DNA of 64,000 nucleotides from a virus. Below are positions 9,520 through 19,614 of the stretch, piece after piece. Every line of letters starts with the position of its first letter. Positions within the stretch are counted from its first letter, which is position 1. A program made the position numbers and the translations under genes. The stretch lies in the IMG/VR virus record IMGVR_UViG_3300042691_031577, positions 32,001 through 96,000 of that record; one strand, 5' to 3'. The notes under the pieces were generated by a model, which saw only the letters and a list, made by a program, of their open reading frames with translations, searched no databases and was not told the DNA's origin.

Positions 9520-11115
9520 TTAAAGAGTATTTAAACCAGCAACATATACCTTCCCATAATAATCTGGACGTATCATCTTCTTAGCGTAACGAGTCATCAA
9601 ACCTTTACGTGGAGTGAAGGTATTTGGATCGTACAGAAGTGGAGTCATGATCAACGGAACGTATGGAGCGAATACAGCACCACACTCTAGGAACTGAGCA
9701 CCTTTGTAACCCATTAAGATTACGTTTTCAGTCATGTATGGATTTTTGTATACTTTGTAGCGGCTGTTTAAGCTACCGATTTTCTGGATACCAAAGTTGT
9801 ATTCCATTTTCTCACCATCACCATCTGATGCGAATCCAGGGATAGATTCTAAGATAGTTGCTACGGTAGGTGAAGTAACTAAGAAGTTAGCGCCACCACG
9901 TAGGGTTAACTGATGAATTTTGTTAGATACTTTCTGTAATTTGGTACCTAAAGTTTGGAACCAACCACCTTGAGTGTTATAGAAACCTAAAGCGTTGTTA
10001 GTTACACCACTAGCACCTACAGCTTGATTGTTAATTGCTGACCAGTATTCAGTTGTGAAAGCGTTTTCGATTAACATATCTAACAATTCAAGATCAATTT
10101 CCATTGAAATGTATTGTGATAAGATACCAGTTAATTCAGCTTCAGCGTCTACTGAATGGTAAGCGTTCAAATCTTGAGCGAATTCAGGTGTCCATTGAGC
10201 TTTCAATTTGCGTGTTTTAGCAACGATAGCTTCAGATTTTAACTGAACGTTAATTTCTGGGATAGAAATTGCTGAATTGCTAAGAGCGTTAGGATAACCA
10301 GCACCGCTAGCATCTTCGAAATCACCACGTGAAGTAGCTGTAGGTTGTACGTTGTAGAATAATACTACAGTTTGAGTAGGGTTATTAGATACTAATGAAC
10401 CAGTTACTACGAATGAAGCTGTGTTGTTGGCTACAGTAGTGTAAGTTTGTAAAATATCAGTAGCGGTAATTGAACCTGAAGTGAATACAAACGCGCGTAC
10501 ACCATTTTGGTCAGCAGCAGTAGGTAGAGGAACATTAATTACTTTGTAAGTAGAGAATGAAGATGTGTAATCAGCATCTAAGTTAAATGTAGCCCAGCTA
10601 GTTGAACCAGTTGTAGCAGCGATAGAAGCTGAGAATTGGTTAACAGAATAACCGAATCTACCAGCACCATATAATGAAGCTGAAGCGATATCAGTTACGT
10701 TTGTAGTTGCGTTAGCACCATACAATGAACCGTTAGTAGCGAATGGTTTTACACCAGTACCATATTTGAAATCAAGATAGAATACAAGACCTGAAGGTAA
10801 GTTCATAGGTTGTACACTAACGAATTCTTTTGCAGCGATTTCACCGAATACACGGCGAACTAATGGAAGGGCAACACCGTTCCAGCTCTCACCACTGTAA
10901 GTACCAGCACCAGATGCTTGAGTACCAGTTTGAGAAGTTTCTACTACTAATTGTTTTGCTTGATTTTCTAATAACATAGCCATTGTGTTACGGCTGTTAT
11001 TGTCTTTTAAACCTTCTAATAGGCCTGATTTTGCCCATTTGTCTTGAAGGCGTTTTGCGTCATCTTGAACCGATTTAAATTGGTTTGATGATTCTAATAA
11101 TTGTTGAATGTTCAT
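9520..11115 (-). CDS. Major capsid protein, T4 gp23-like
   Basis: VQPMNLPSGLVF, KTRKLKAQWTPEFAQDLNAYH..DAEAEL, APYVPL, F.PRKGLMTRY. Confidence 0.95.
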   Translation of the reverse strand: MNIQQLLESSNQFKSVQDDAKRLQDKWAKSGLLEGLKDNNSRNTMAMLLENQAKQLVVETSQTGTQASGAGTYSGESWNGVALPLVRRVFGEIAAKEFVSVQPMNLPSGLVFYLDFKYGTGVKPFATNGSLYGANATTNVTDIASASLYGAGRFGYSVNQFSASIAATTGSTSWATFNLDADYTSSFSTYKVINVPLPTAADQNGVRAFVFTSGSITATDILQTYTTVANNTASFVVTGSLVSNNPTQTVVLFYNVQPTATSRGDFEDASGAGYPNALSNSAISIPEINVQLKSEAIVAKTRKLKAQWTPEFAQDLNAYHSVDAEAELTGILSQYISMEIDLELLDMLIENAFTTEYWSAINNQAVGASGVTNNALGFYNTQGGWFQTLGTKLQKVSNKIHQLTLRGGANFLVTSPTVATILESIPGFASDGDGEKMEYNFGIQKIGSLNSRYKVYKNPYMTENVILMGYKGAQFLECGAVFAPYVPLIMTPLLYDPNTFTPRKGLMTRYAKKMIRPDYYGKVYVAGLNTL

Positions 11116-11140
11116 TTTGTTTAAAAATTAAATTAAATTG

Positions 11141-12178
11141 TTACTTAATAATGTTAGCTAGTTTTTGCATACGTGAAATAACGTCATTTGACTCTACGAT
11201 TTGTTTCTTAGGAGCAATACCTGCTGCTTTTGAAGCAAATCCTAAAGATTCCTTAATAGGTGATTTCTTTTTAACTGCGCTTAAAGTAGTTTCTAATGAT
11301 TCGTAAACCATTTTAGCTTCTTTAGGTGTAGTTGCTTTGTCGAATGATGCAATCACGTTTAATTTTTGAGATTCAGTTAAGTTTTTAGATTTGAAAATTT
11401 TGTTAACGTAAAGCAATTTAGCGTTTAATAAATTCACTTCATTTAATTCTTTACGAAGTGTATTAATTACGTTAATAGCTTCTTTCATTTCTTTTTTCTC
11501 TTCTTCTTTCTCTTTTTTCATAACTTTTTTCTTTTTAGCTTCTTCTAGTTCTTCATTTTCATCTAATGATTCTAGTTCAGCTAGTAATTCGTCAAGATTG
11601 ATTTCTTCTTCGTCAGACATTTCCATTTCTTCACCACCCATTTCATCACCCATGTCCATACTCATTTCTTCTTCACCGGCTTCAGCTCCCATTTCTCCTG
11701 TTTCCAATTCTTGGCTAACGATGTCTTTAATTAGATCTTTAAGATCTTCAATAGACATGTCTTTAACTTCCATTTCTTCTTCTTCAGTTTCTTCGGTTTC
11801 TTCTTCGCCTTCTTCTTCACCTTCTTCTTCTTTTTCTTCTTCTTTCTTAGCTTCTTCTAAAGTTTCTTCAGCTTCTAGTTCAGCTAAAATAGCAGATAGA
11901 TCGAATTCTTCTTCAAGATTGAAATCAAGATTAGCATCACTGTTTTCTTCGTGAGATGATGTAAATCCTTCTTCCATTTCTTTTTCGCCTTTTTTCATAG
12001 CTTCTTCTTCCATTCCATATTCTTCATCCATGTCCATCTCGTTTAATTTAGCGACTAACATGTTTTGAATACTTGGAGTCAAAGCTTCTTCAAGGGCTTC
12101 TTTTGCGTTTAACAACGCTGCTTCGCGAACGGCTTTAGCGTCAACGATAGCCTCTTCAAATAGTTTTTTGTTTGACAT
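11141..12178 (-). CDS. Prohead scaffold (core) protein
   Basis: Very acidic coiled coil with many L-x-E sites, directly upstream of capsid; ends RMQKLANIIK. Confidence 0.8.
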   Translation of the reverse strand: MSNKKLFEEAIVDAKAVREAALLNAKEALEEALTPSIQNMLVAKLNEMDMDEEYGMEEEAMKKGEKEMEEGFTSSHEENSDANLDFNLEEEFDLSAILAELEAEETLEEAKKEEEKEEEGEEEGEEETEETEEEEMEVKDMSIEDLKDLIKDIVSQELETGEMGAEAGEEEMSMDMGDEMGGEEMEMSDEEEINLDELLAELESLDENEELEEAKKKKVMKKEKEEEKKEMKEAINVINTLRKELNEVNLLNAKLLYVNKIFKSKNLTESQKLNVIASFDKATTPKEAKMVYESLETTLSAVKKKSPIKESLGFASKAAGIAPKKQIVESNDVISRMQKLANIIK

Positions 12179-12304
12179 TTTTGTCCTCCTTAAATTTGTT
12201 TTTGGAAATAAGATTATTAGGAATCTTAATAGAATTTTGTTTAAAATACCGAGCTATAATGCAGAATGATTATGAATAGCTCATTGCGGTCAAATATACA
12301 TATA
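12179..12304 (-). promoter_or_regulatory. Structured 5' leader of scaffold/capsid operon with strong Shine-Dalgarno
   Basis: Hairpins at 12248-12290 and 12209-12228; TAAGGAGG at 12185-12192. Confidence 0.55.
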
Positions 12305-12323
12305 TGAAAATAGCAAAAAACGC

Positions 12324-12355
12324 AAAAGAAATGCCTCCTTTTTAGGGGAGGCATT
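12324..12355 (-). terminator. Intrinsic terminator with CCUAAAAA loop
   Basis: AATGCCTCC-CCTAAAAA-GGAGGCATT-TCTTTT. Confidence 0.8.
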
Positions 12356-12396
12356 AGCCTAACGATACTATCGATAGGGGGGATATTATTTTATTT

Positions 12397-12753
12397 TTAC
12401 ATTTTGGTTATCATATCAAAATCACCTTGTGATTTGACTAACATTATATCTTTCATTTCTGCATCTTCTCCTGGTTCAGGAACATATCCTCCTGGGGGTT
12501 GGATAGGTTTACTTAATTCTATATTTAATATATCTGTTGGATTGTTATCTGACATTATGTCATAATGTTGGATTTGTGTTATTACTCCTGTTAAACCTTC
12601 ATAATATTCTATAGGATTTTCAAATCCATATGCATACATTACTTCAGGATTAAATCTTACTTTATCTCCTACTTTAAAATTAGAAGAATATTCTTCTTTA
12701 ATCAATCCAGCTAATTGCTGCATTCTTTTAATTTCATTTAGTTGTGTTTTCAT
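12397..12753 (-). CDS. Small protein with EIKRMQQLAGL leader and SH3/KOW-like body
   Basis: Leader shared with 8593..8883; FKVGDKVRF. Confidence 0.6.
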   Translation of the reverse strand: MKTQLNEIKRMQQLAGLIKEEYSSNFKVGDKVRFNPEVMYAYGFENPIEYYEGLTGVITQIQHYDIMSDNNPTDILNIELSKPIQPPGGYVPEPGEDAEMKDIMLVKSQGDFDMITKM

Positions 12754-12771
12754 AGTTACAAATATTATATT

Positions 12772-13392
12772 TTAACACAAAGCACATACTCCTGTTTGAG
12801 TACATATGATTTCTGTAATTAATTCGTTTACTTTACTATAATTTTTATCTGATTGATATTGTTTACCTTCAGATAATGTCATATATGCGTTTGGAGTACT
12901 AGGTACTGAAACTAAATCCCAGCATAGTAATTCAAAATCGTCTTGAACTTCAACAGTTTCACCTATTTGGCGTACTGAGCCCATACCTCTTGATGATATA
13001 CCTAATGGAATATTAGCTTTAATAATTTCTTGAGCGATTTTACCTGATGGAGTATTTAATAGAGTTAATTCTCCCATTACATCATTACCTTCCCACCATA
13101 TTTTAGTAATTAAGTGAGATACATTACTTAAATTAATGATAGATGATTCAGGGTGATCTAATTCACCTGTTGATGTTCTAGTTTTTAAAGGACCATTTAT
13201 ATATTTGTCTATTTGTTCCTTTAAAACATTAAGAGGATAAACACGACCATTACCGTTTTTAACACCGGCTTCTTGTAATTTACCTCTAACGCGCATCAAA
13301 CCATCGCCTAGTTTACTGTCTTTTCCTTCAGTAATAGGTTGTAGTTTGGCTACGTGGAACGGTATATGATCTACTAGTAATTGCTTATTCAT
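12772..13392 (-). CDS. Prohead core protease, T4 gp21-like
   Basis: N.NGRVYP, GELDHP, LNTPSG, GISSRGMGS, DLVSVPSTPNA. Confidence 0.95.
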   Translation of the reverse strand: MNKQLLVDHIPFHVAKLQPITEGKDSKLGDGLMRVRGKLQEAGVKNGNGRVYPLNVLKEQIDKYINGPLKTRTSTGELDHPESSIINLSNVSHLITKIWWEGNDVMGELTLLNTPSGKIAQEIIKANIPLGISSRGMGSVRQIGETVEVQDDFELLCWDLVSVPSTPNAYMTLSEGKQYQSDKNYSKVNELITEIICTQTGVCALC

Positions 13393-13394
13393 AA

Positions 13395-15152
13395 TTATAT
13401 TTCGTCATTTCTATCTAAGTAAAAATCGTCTTGGTCTTTACCATTAGATAATACTAATTTAATATCATTTCCGAAGGGCTCCACAGAAACTACTTCTACT
13501 TCTTCACCCATTACAAATTTACCTAAATCAGCTCCTAGTTTAAATTTATTACCTACCGATAATGAGCTTGCTTTAGCTTCATCCATTTGATGACCAGCTA
13601 CATCTGTCATATTATCACCACCAGGTAAAGTCGAATACTCTAACATATCATCCATACCACTATCGTATCTTTCGTCAGCGTTATATTGGAATATATTATC
13701 ATCTATTTCTTTAGCAATAGCATCTGAAAAATTATACTTCTTTTGATACATTTTGATCAATTCCAATACATCACTAGAGTCATAACTGTCTCTATTTTCA
13801 AGTTCGTCTATAATTTTTTTTGTTAAAGCATTTACATCAGTATTTTGATTTTCTTTTAAAGCTGCTTTTTTCATCTTTTCACCAGTAGCATCCATTTTCT
13901 TAACGCCACGAACTGTTTTAGCTACTAATGACATTATTTTGATACCGGTTTCTGGTTTATTGGTTTCTTTATTAGCTTTATTAGCAGATGCTTTATCTTT
14001 TTCAATTCCTTTTACGGGTTGCATTCCCATTTTCTTATCAACTACATTGCTCATGTTTTTATCAAGTAATTGCATCTGACGTGCATCTGCATTAGCTGAT
14101 TTACCACCAATATATTCTAGTTCGTATCCTTCTTTACCAGCCATTAATGAGTCAGTATAATAAAATGGATTCTTTTTTAGATTCTTAATTGCGATTTTTG
14201 CGGCTTCTTTTTTGGTTAAATCGTTATTTTTTTCAATTTCATAATCTATACCGATTAAAACTTCTTGACCGTTTAAATTGTCGATTTCAGAAAATTTAGA
14301 ATATAATTCTTTACCACTGGTGTTAGTAGTATAAGATTCATTCAATGACATTCTTTGCTCTAAGTCATCAATCATTTTCTTAATTTTCTCAGTTGGCGTT
14401 TTAGCATATATTTTCTTTAAGAAATTAAGCTCAGATTGGTCTATTTTTTTATCAACACCATATTTTTCTTCTGGGGTTTGTTTAGGTTTGATACTCATAC
14501 TAGCTGCTTTTCTTTCTGCTTCTGCTTCAGGGTCACCTGCTATTCCGTAGATATCAGCTTCTTTTAATGATTCGTATGGTGGTAAATCAAACTCAGTCCA
14601 TCCTAACCATGAACCTGCTTTTAAAGCAGCATCGTAATATTTTTCAGCTTTTAATAAATCACCTTCAGAGTATGCTTGTAATCCTTTTTCATAGTATTCT
14701 TCAGCTTGTACCATAGATTTCATATCAAAATCACGATCGCCATCAGTTGGATCAGATGAAAAATAAGGATTTTCGTTTTCTTCAGTATACATTCCTGTTT
14801 TACCTTTAATAGGATTTAATTCAACAACACCATTAACAGGTTCTGATATTCTATATATAGTATCATCTAATTCTGCTTTTAGTATATTATCAAAAAAAGC
14901 TAATTCAGGAAATACTTCTTTACCATTTAAGGTATAAGTATATTGATCATATTTTTCTAATTTTTCTTGATTTTTATCTTTAATATCAGCTTCAGTTAAG
15001 ATAGCTTTATTTCTTAATATTTTAACAGTATCATCAAATGATGTTGTATTAGTAACTAAATGAGGTAAAGTCATACGAACGTTACGCATAAATTGCGCTT
15101 GATTCATTTTACCTTCTTTTAAATCTATAAATTGTTGTTTTACACTTTTCAT
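13395..15152 (-). CDS. Large putative internal head polyprotein
   Basis: Head-module location; repeated ILTE/SLKE/SLNE/ALKE sites separating segments. Confidence 0.55.
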   Translation of the reverse strand: MKSVKQQFIDLKEGKMNQAQFMRNVRMTLPHLVTNTTSFDDTVKILRNKAILTEADIKDKNQEKLEKYDQYTYTLNGKEVFPELAFFDNILKAELDDTIYRISEPVNGVVELNPIKGKTGMYTEENENPYFSSDPTDGDRDFDMKSMVQAEEYYEKGLQAYSEGDLLKAEKYYDAALKAGSWLGWTEFDLPPYESLKEADIYGIAGDPEAEAERKAASMSIKPKQTPEEKYGVDKKIDQSELNFLKKIYAKTPTEKIKKMIDDLEQRMSLNESYTTNTSGKELYSKFSEIDNLNGQEVLIGIDYEIEKNNDLTKKEAAKIAIKNLKKNPFYYTDSLMAGKEGYELEYIGGKSANADARQMQLLDKNMSNVVDKKMGMQPVKGIEKDKASANKANKETNKPETGIKIMSLVAKTVRGVKKMDATGEKMKKAALKENQNTDVNALTKKIIDELENRDSYDSSDVLELIKMYQKKYNFSDAIAKEIDDNIFQYNADERYDSGMDDMLEYSTLPGGDNMTDVAGHQMDEAKASSLSVGNKFKLGADLGKFVMGEEVEVVSVEPFGNDIKLVLSNGKDQDDFYLDRNDEI

Positions 15153-15168
15153 GCGTATAAATATTATG

Positions 15169-15555
15169 TTATATGTTAAAATACTGGCTTTTTAATTTGT
15201 CTACAGCTTCTACAATATGGTCTAAAGCTTCTTCTAATAAGTAAAGATCGTCATTTAAATTATCTAATTTAGTAACTAGATTATCTAATTTAGACACGTT
15301 ATCTGGGTATTCAGCGACATCATACATTTCAACTACTTTGTAGTATTTTTGAGCTTTACTATCAAGAAATGATCTAGTTTGTTTTACTTTATCTAACAAA
15401 GAATTTATTTCATCTGGAGATTCAATGACGCTTTGTATGCTAATATCATATATTTTTGAACGTAATGTTCTAAATATATTTTCTGCTGTTGATTTTTCTT
15501 TTTCAGCAGATAATACAAATTCATCTATCTTTTCTGGTGTATATGATATATCCAT
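15169..15555 (-). CDS. Hypothetical helical protein
   Basis: 128-aa ORF, translationally coupled to upstream ORF. Confidence 0.6.
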   Translation of the reverse strand: MDISYTPEKIDEFVLSAEKEKSTAENIFRTLRSKIYDISIQSVIESPDEINSLLDKVKQTRSFLDSKAQKYYKVVEMYDVAEYPDNVSKLDNLVTKLDNLNDDLYLLEEALDHIVEAVDKLKSQYFNI

Positions 15556-15686
15556 TATCGTCCTTGTCCTCTATAGTTTTGTTCTGAGCTATCGTGTTTG
15601 TTAGTGCGTTTTTGAGCTTTGCCTTTTTTACGAACGCCAAAGCTTATTTTACGTGATTCTTTAGATGCTGCTTTTGCTTTTGCCAT
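15555..15686 (-). CDS. 43-aa basic protein ending YRGQGR (absent from ORF track)
   Basis: MAKAKAASKESRKISFGVRKKGKAQKRTNKHDSSEQNYRGQGR; TAATG overlaps at both ends. Confidence 0.75.
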   Translation of the reverse strand: MAKAKAASKESRKISFGVRKKGKAQKRTNKHDSSEQNYRGQGR

Positions 15687-16795
15687 TACTGGTAGATTGA
15701 TTTAATTTTATTGCTAATTTTATTTGATATTTCACTAATTTCATTTATAGCTTTTAAGCTACGCTTCCAATAGTTTGTACCATCTTCGTTTTCACTTAAT
15801 TCTTGTTTAATACGAGTAGTATATTCAATTAATTGATCTACTTCAGATAATTTACGTTTTACTTCACGAATACTTTTATGAAGCATTTCTGCTTTAGTTC
15901 TATATTTAACTTCGTTTTTAAATTTATTATACGATACTTCGTTTAATAATTCTTCTTTAATAAGATTATTCAACACTTCTTCTAAAGGATAATCAAATGG
16001 TTCTTCACCTGTTATTTTACTACTTTTAATATATTCTATTAAAGATTCAATATTATTAAAATAAGTATATCCTTCTTCTCTTCCTAAATTATCTATTTCT
16101 AAAACAAAATATGGTTTATCACCAGATGTAGTTTCTCCACATATTAAAGTCATAAATCCAGAACCATCTGCATAATCAACAGGTATTTGTACTCTGGCTA
16201 AATTTTTATTTTTACCTGAATAAACTATTTTAGCTTCTTCAAAAATAGGTTTTATTGCTGATAGTATATTATTTGCAGATTCTTGGTATTTAATATTTTG
16301 TTCATTCATTGCTGATTTTTTACCTTTCCAAAGTTCTTTATAATCTAACATTTTAGAATTTTTAGGCATACCTTTAACTGTTTTAAATCCCATTTTTTCA
16401 GCGTATTTAGTTGCTTTATTTTTCTTTTGTCCTTTAGGAGCAAAAGCATATGGGGTTTGAATAGGACCTGCTCCAACACCAATAGCGCCAGTAGCTGATT
16501 CTTCATTCATACCCATTAATTTTTTATACATAGATAAATCAGATAAGCTTTGACCTTCAGGATTCTTAGCTAAGTTATCTATTTGATCAATAGTTACTTC
16601 ACCTGAATCAAGTGCTTTTTTTAACCAAGTACCATTTATTATGTTATGTTTATATAAAAATGATTTAGCTTTATCATCATTTCTAGTATAAATATTTAAC
16701 CAATTATATAATGTATCCCAGTTACTAGATTCATTTTCAAGAACATTTTCTAGTTCTTCTTTAATAATCTGTTTTAATAAAGATACTTTCATCAT
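15686..16795 (-). CDS. Putative internal head polyprotein with LKQIIKEEL leader
   Basis: Leader motif; internal MNEE/MNEQ/LLNE sites. Confidence 0.55.
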   Translation of the reverse strand: MMKVSLLKQIIKEELENVLENESSNWDTLYNWLNIYTRNDDKAKSFLYKHNIINGTWLKKALDSGEVTIDQIDNLAKNPEGQSLSDLSMYKKLMGMNEESATGAIGVGAGPIQTPYAFAPKGQKKNKATKYAEKMGFKTVKGMPKNSKMLDYKELWKGKKSAMNEQNIKYQESANNILSAIKPIFEEAKIVYSGKNKNLARVQIPVDYADGSGFMTLICGETTSGDKPYFVLEIDNLGREEGYTYFNNIESLIEYIKSSKITGEEPFDYPLEEVLNNLIKEELLNEVSYNKFKNEVKYRTKAEMLHKSIREVKRKLSEVDQLIEYTTRIKQELSENEDGTNYWKRSLKAINEISEISNKISNKIKSIYQ

Positions 16796-17646
16796 TTAAT
16801 AGAATTTAACTCGTTAATTAATTGGTGGTACTGGAGTAAAGAGATGATATTTTCGTCCTTTACGTTTTGATTTTTATTAAGAGGCTGTAGTAAATTAATT
16901 ACTTCAGTTAATTTAATTTGAGTTGTTTTGTCATCAACACTTTTAACTAGTTCTGTTAATTCTTTAGTAATTAAAGCATACTGAGTGTTAACAAATTCTT
17001 TTAATGCTGTTGTGTTGGTAATATTGTTGATGTATTCTTTTAATACTGTTTTTTGCTTATTATTCAGAGTAGAATATTTTTTGTTAAATCTTTCTAGCAA
17101 TACTCTGTAAGCTAGTAAACGAGTACCTTTATCCATCTTAGCATATTCTTCAAGAATACGGTCTTTAACCTGATCTTTATTTACTTCTTTACGTGTGATA
17201 TGCTCCAGTAATGTTACTTTATTATCTATAATTTGATTAGGTTCAACAAACTCACTTGAGTTTTGAGCCTCTATTAAATTATACACAGCAGCATACTGTG
17301 AGTAGTGGTTGATTTTTGCTTTAAAAAATTCTTCTATATTGTAATGCTCGCGAATTTCTTTAATCAAATTATACTTTTCTTTACGTAAAGTAGATTTATT
17401 TAAACGCGATGATGCATTTAGAGTACTATTTATGAATATCTCCGCTTTACTTTCAGTAAGTGCTTTAGAGTTTACAAGAACTTGATACAATTTGTATTCT
17501 TTAGCTAATTCAGTTTTGTTAAAATATTTCTTAACTAAATCAATAGCTGCTGAGTCTTTGTTAGATATAGTATCGGATGCTATTTGTCTAACAAGTAGTT
17601 CAAATAATATGCCCGTGTTTTTAAATTTGTTGTGTTTAATTTTCAT
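16792..17646 (-). CDS. Head-module protein (putative prohead core component)
   Basis: KHNKFKNTGILFELL start; directly downstream of portal. Confidence 0.55.
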   Translation of the reverse strand: MKIKHNKFKNTGILFELLVRQIASDTISNKDSAAIDLVKKYFNKTELAKEYKLYQVLVNSKALTESKAEIFINSTLNASSRLNKSTLRKEKYNLIKEIREHYNIEEFFKAKINHYSQYAAVYNLIEAQNSSEFVEPNQIIDNKVTLLEHITRKEVNKDQVKDRILEEYAKMDKGTRLLAYRVLLERFNKKYSTLNNKQKTVLKEYINNITNTTALKEFVNTQYALITKELTELVKSVDDKTTQIKLTEVINLLQPLNKNQNVKDENIISLLQYHQLINELNSIK

Positions 17647-17680
17647 AAAAAAGTGTACACTATCTATAAATATGTAATAA

Positions 17681-19585
17681 TTATATGTCCTTAATATTTT
17701 CTTCAGATAATAAGTCAGAATCTAAATCAGGATTATATACTATATCTTTTCTTAAATGATTCATAGATTCAAGTAAATGCTTATTCTTATGTAGTTCAGT
17801 TAATGCTAATGGAGAACCACCTTTAGGTGTACCACTATCCATATCATTACTAGGTTTATTAGCAGTATATAGAGTATTCATGCCTTTTTTACCTAATCTA
17901 TCTTTACCTAATGGATCTTTCTGTGTGTTTATAATAGAAGATTTTTCTTTTGGACGACCTATTGGTGCTTTTTCATCATATCCACCAGGTATGTTTTGTT
18001 GTGCTTCCATTCCTGTTCTACCACGACCATACAGTGCTGCTAAGTCATGAGGTGTTCCGTATGATTTACCTGATTTAGCTGGGTCATTACCCTCGTTTTC
18101 GATTTGGCCTAAACGGAATGTACGTTTTTTATCTTCCATTACTAAATCACGTAATTCATCATATTGATCTTCTGATAGTTTAAATACATTATCATAAATC
18201 CAATCAGACGGGATTAAATTAGTATCTAATAAGTCTTTAGCTAATGCAACTTTTTCTTTCCATATAGCTATTTTCTCTTGATCATATATGATTGAAGGAG
18301 TAGTTAATGATAATTCAAAATTACCTAATGATTCACCATCGTATCCTTGAACATATAAATGAACTAATGCTATTTTATATAATTCGGATAATACAATACG
18401 TTGGATACGTTCTACTGTGCGAGCAAAACGAATATCTTCAGCTGCTAATGTTGCTTTACCTGTTAAATCTTTTTCAAATCCAAAAAACGCTTTAGGTACT
18501 TTAAGAGCAGCTAACATTTCATCACGTAAGAAATTTACGTCCTCAATAGCATTATACTCTAATCCTTTAATAGTATCGATTTTAGTATTTGAATTAGTAC
18601 CACGTTGAGGTATATAGAAATCCTCCATAACATTCATCATGTTATATTTAAGATTATATTCACCTGTGTTTTGGTCAATATAAGGAGTTTTCTTCATTTT
18701 TTGCTTTAAACGCTCCATATAACCATCAACCTCATTTGGTGGCATATTTCCAATATCAACGTAAAATACACGTTTTTCTGGGGCGCGAGTAATACGATGT
18801 AGTAACATCGCATCTTTCATTAAAATATATTGTTTATATGTTTTACGAGCTGGCTCTATGTATGATCTACCATATGGAAGATAGTTAGCATCTGCTAATA
18901 ATCTAAAGTGAGCTATTTCGTAGTTTTCAAATTTAATCTTTCCCTCTCTATCGTTTATACGGCTATTAATACCACCAGCAGCAATAACCATTGGATCTAT
19001 CTTAAAGCATACATAATTAGGATTTTCAGGATCAGTTCCTTCTTCACGAACCATATCATAAACTGATAATGGAGATACATTATATACTCCAAATTTTTCA
19101 GCTATGTCTAAGTGTAAATAAAAATCACCATACTTACACATATTTCTAATCCATACCCATAAATTAAATTCAATATTTAAAATATCGTAGAATAAATTAT
19201 ACAATATGCGTTGAATATTTTCGTCTGAACTTCTAATTTGAATTATTTCTCCTGTTTCATTTTTTAATGTAGCTTCATCAGCTACAATATCAAGAGCAGA
19301 GGCTATGATTGATTCTGTATCCATTGCTTCATAATCAGTATATAACTGAATACGAAGTGTTTGGTAATTCATTGTAGGATTATAAGGCATATTAGCTCCA
19401 TATCTATGGAGTTTAGTAAACCTATCAATCAGGGCATTTGTTTTTACGTTACCATATGCTTGAATGCGGTCAACATCTGTTGTTTTTAGTTGTTTTCCGC
19501 CTACATTTCTAATGATAACATCAGTACTAAATAGACGTCTTAATTGCCCAAATAGTCCCGTGTTATTTATATTATTTTCTGCCAT
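17681..19585 (-). CDS. Portal protein, T4 gp20-like
   Basis: RAPEKRVFYVDIGNMP, EDFYIPQR, ALKVP, EDIRFARTVERIQ. Confidence 0.93.
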   Translation of the reverse strand: MAENNINNTGLFGQLRRLFSTDVIIRNVGGKQLKTTDVDRIQAYGNVKTNALIDRFTKLHRYGANMPYNPTMNYQTLRIQLYTDYEAMDTESIIASALDIVADEATLKNETGEIIQIRSSDENIQRILYNLFYDILNIEFNLWVWIRNMCKYGDFYLHLDIAEKFGVYNVSPLSVYDMVREEGTDPENPNYVCFKIDPMVIAAGGINSRINDREGKIKFENYEIAHFRLLADANYLPYGRSYIEPARKTYKQYILMKDAMLLHRITRAPEKRVFYVDIGNMPPNEVDGYMERLKQKMKKTPYIDQNTGEYNLKYNMMNVMEDFYIPQRGTNSNTKIDTIKGLEYNAIEDVNFLRDEMLAALKVPKAFFGFEKDLTGKATLAAEDIRFARTVERIQRIVLSELYKIALVHLYVQGYDGESLGNFELSLTTPSIIYDQEKIAIWKEKVALAKDLLDTNLIPSDWIYDNVFKLSEDQYDELRDLVMEDKKRTFRLGQIENEGNDPAKSGKSYGTPHDLAALYGRGRTGMEAQQNIPGGYDEKAPIGRPKEKSSIINTQKDPLGKDRLGKKGMNTLYTANKPSNDMDSGTPKGGSPLALTELHKNKHLLESMNHLRKDIVYNPDLDSDLLSEENIKDI

Positions 19586-19614
19586 TTTATATACTTAATA
19601 TATTAATAAATATG

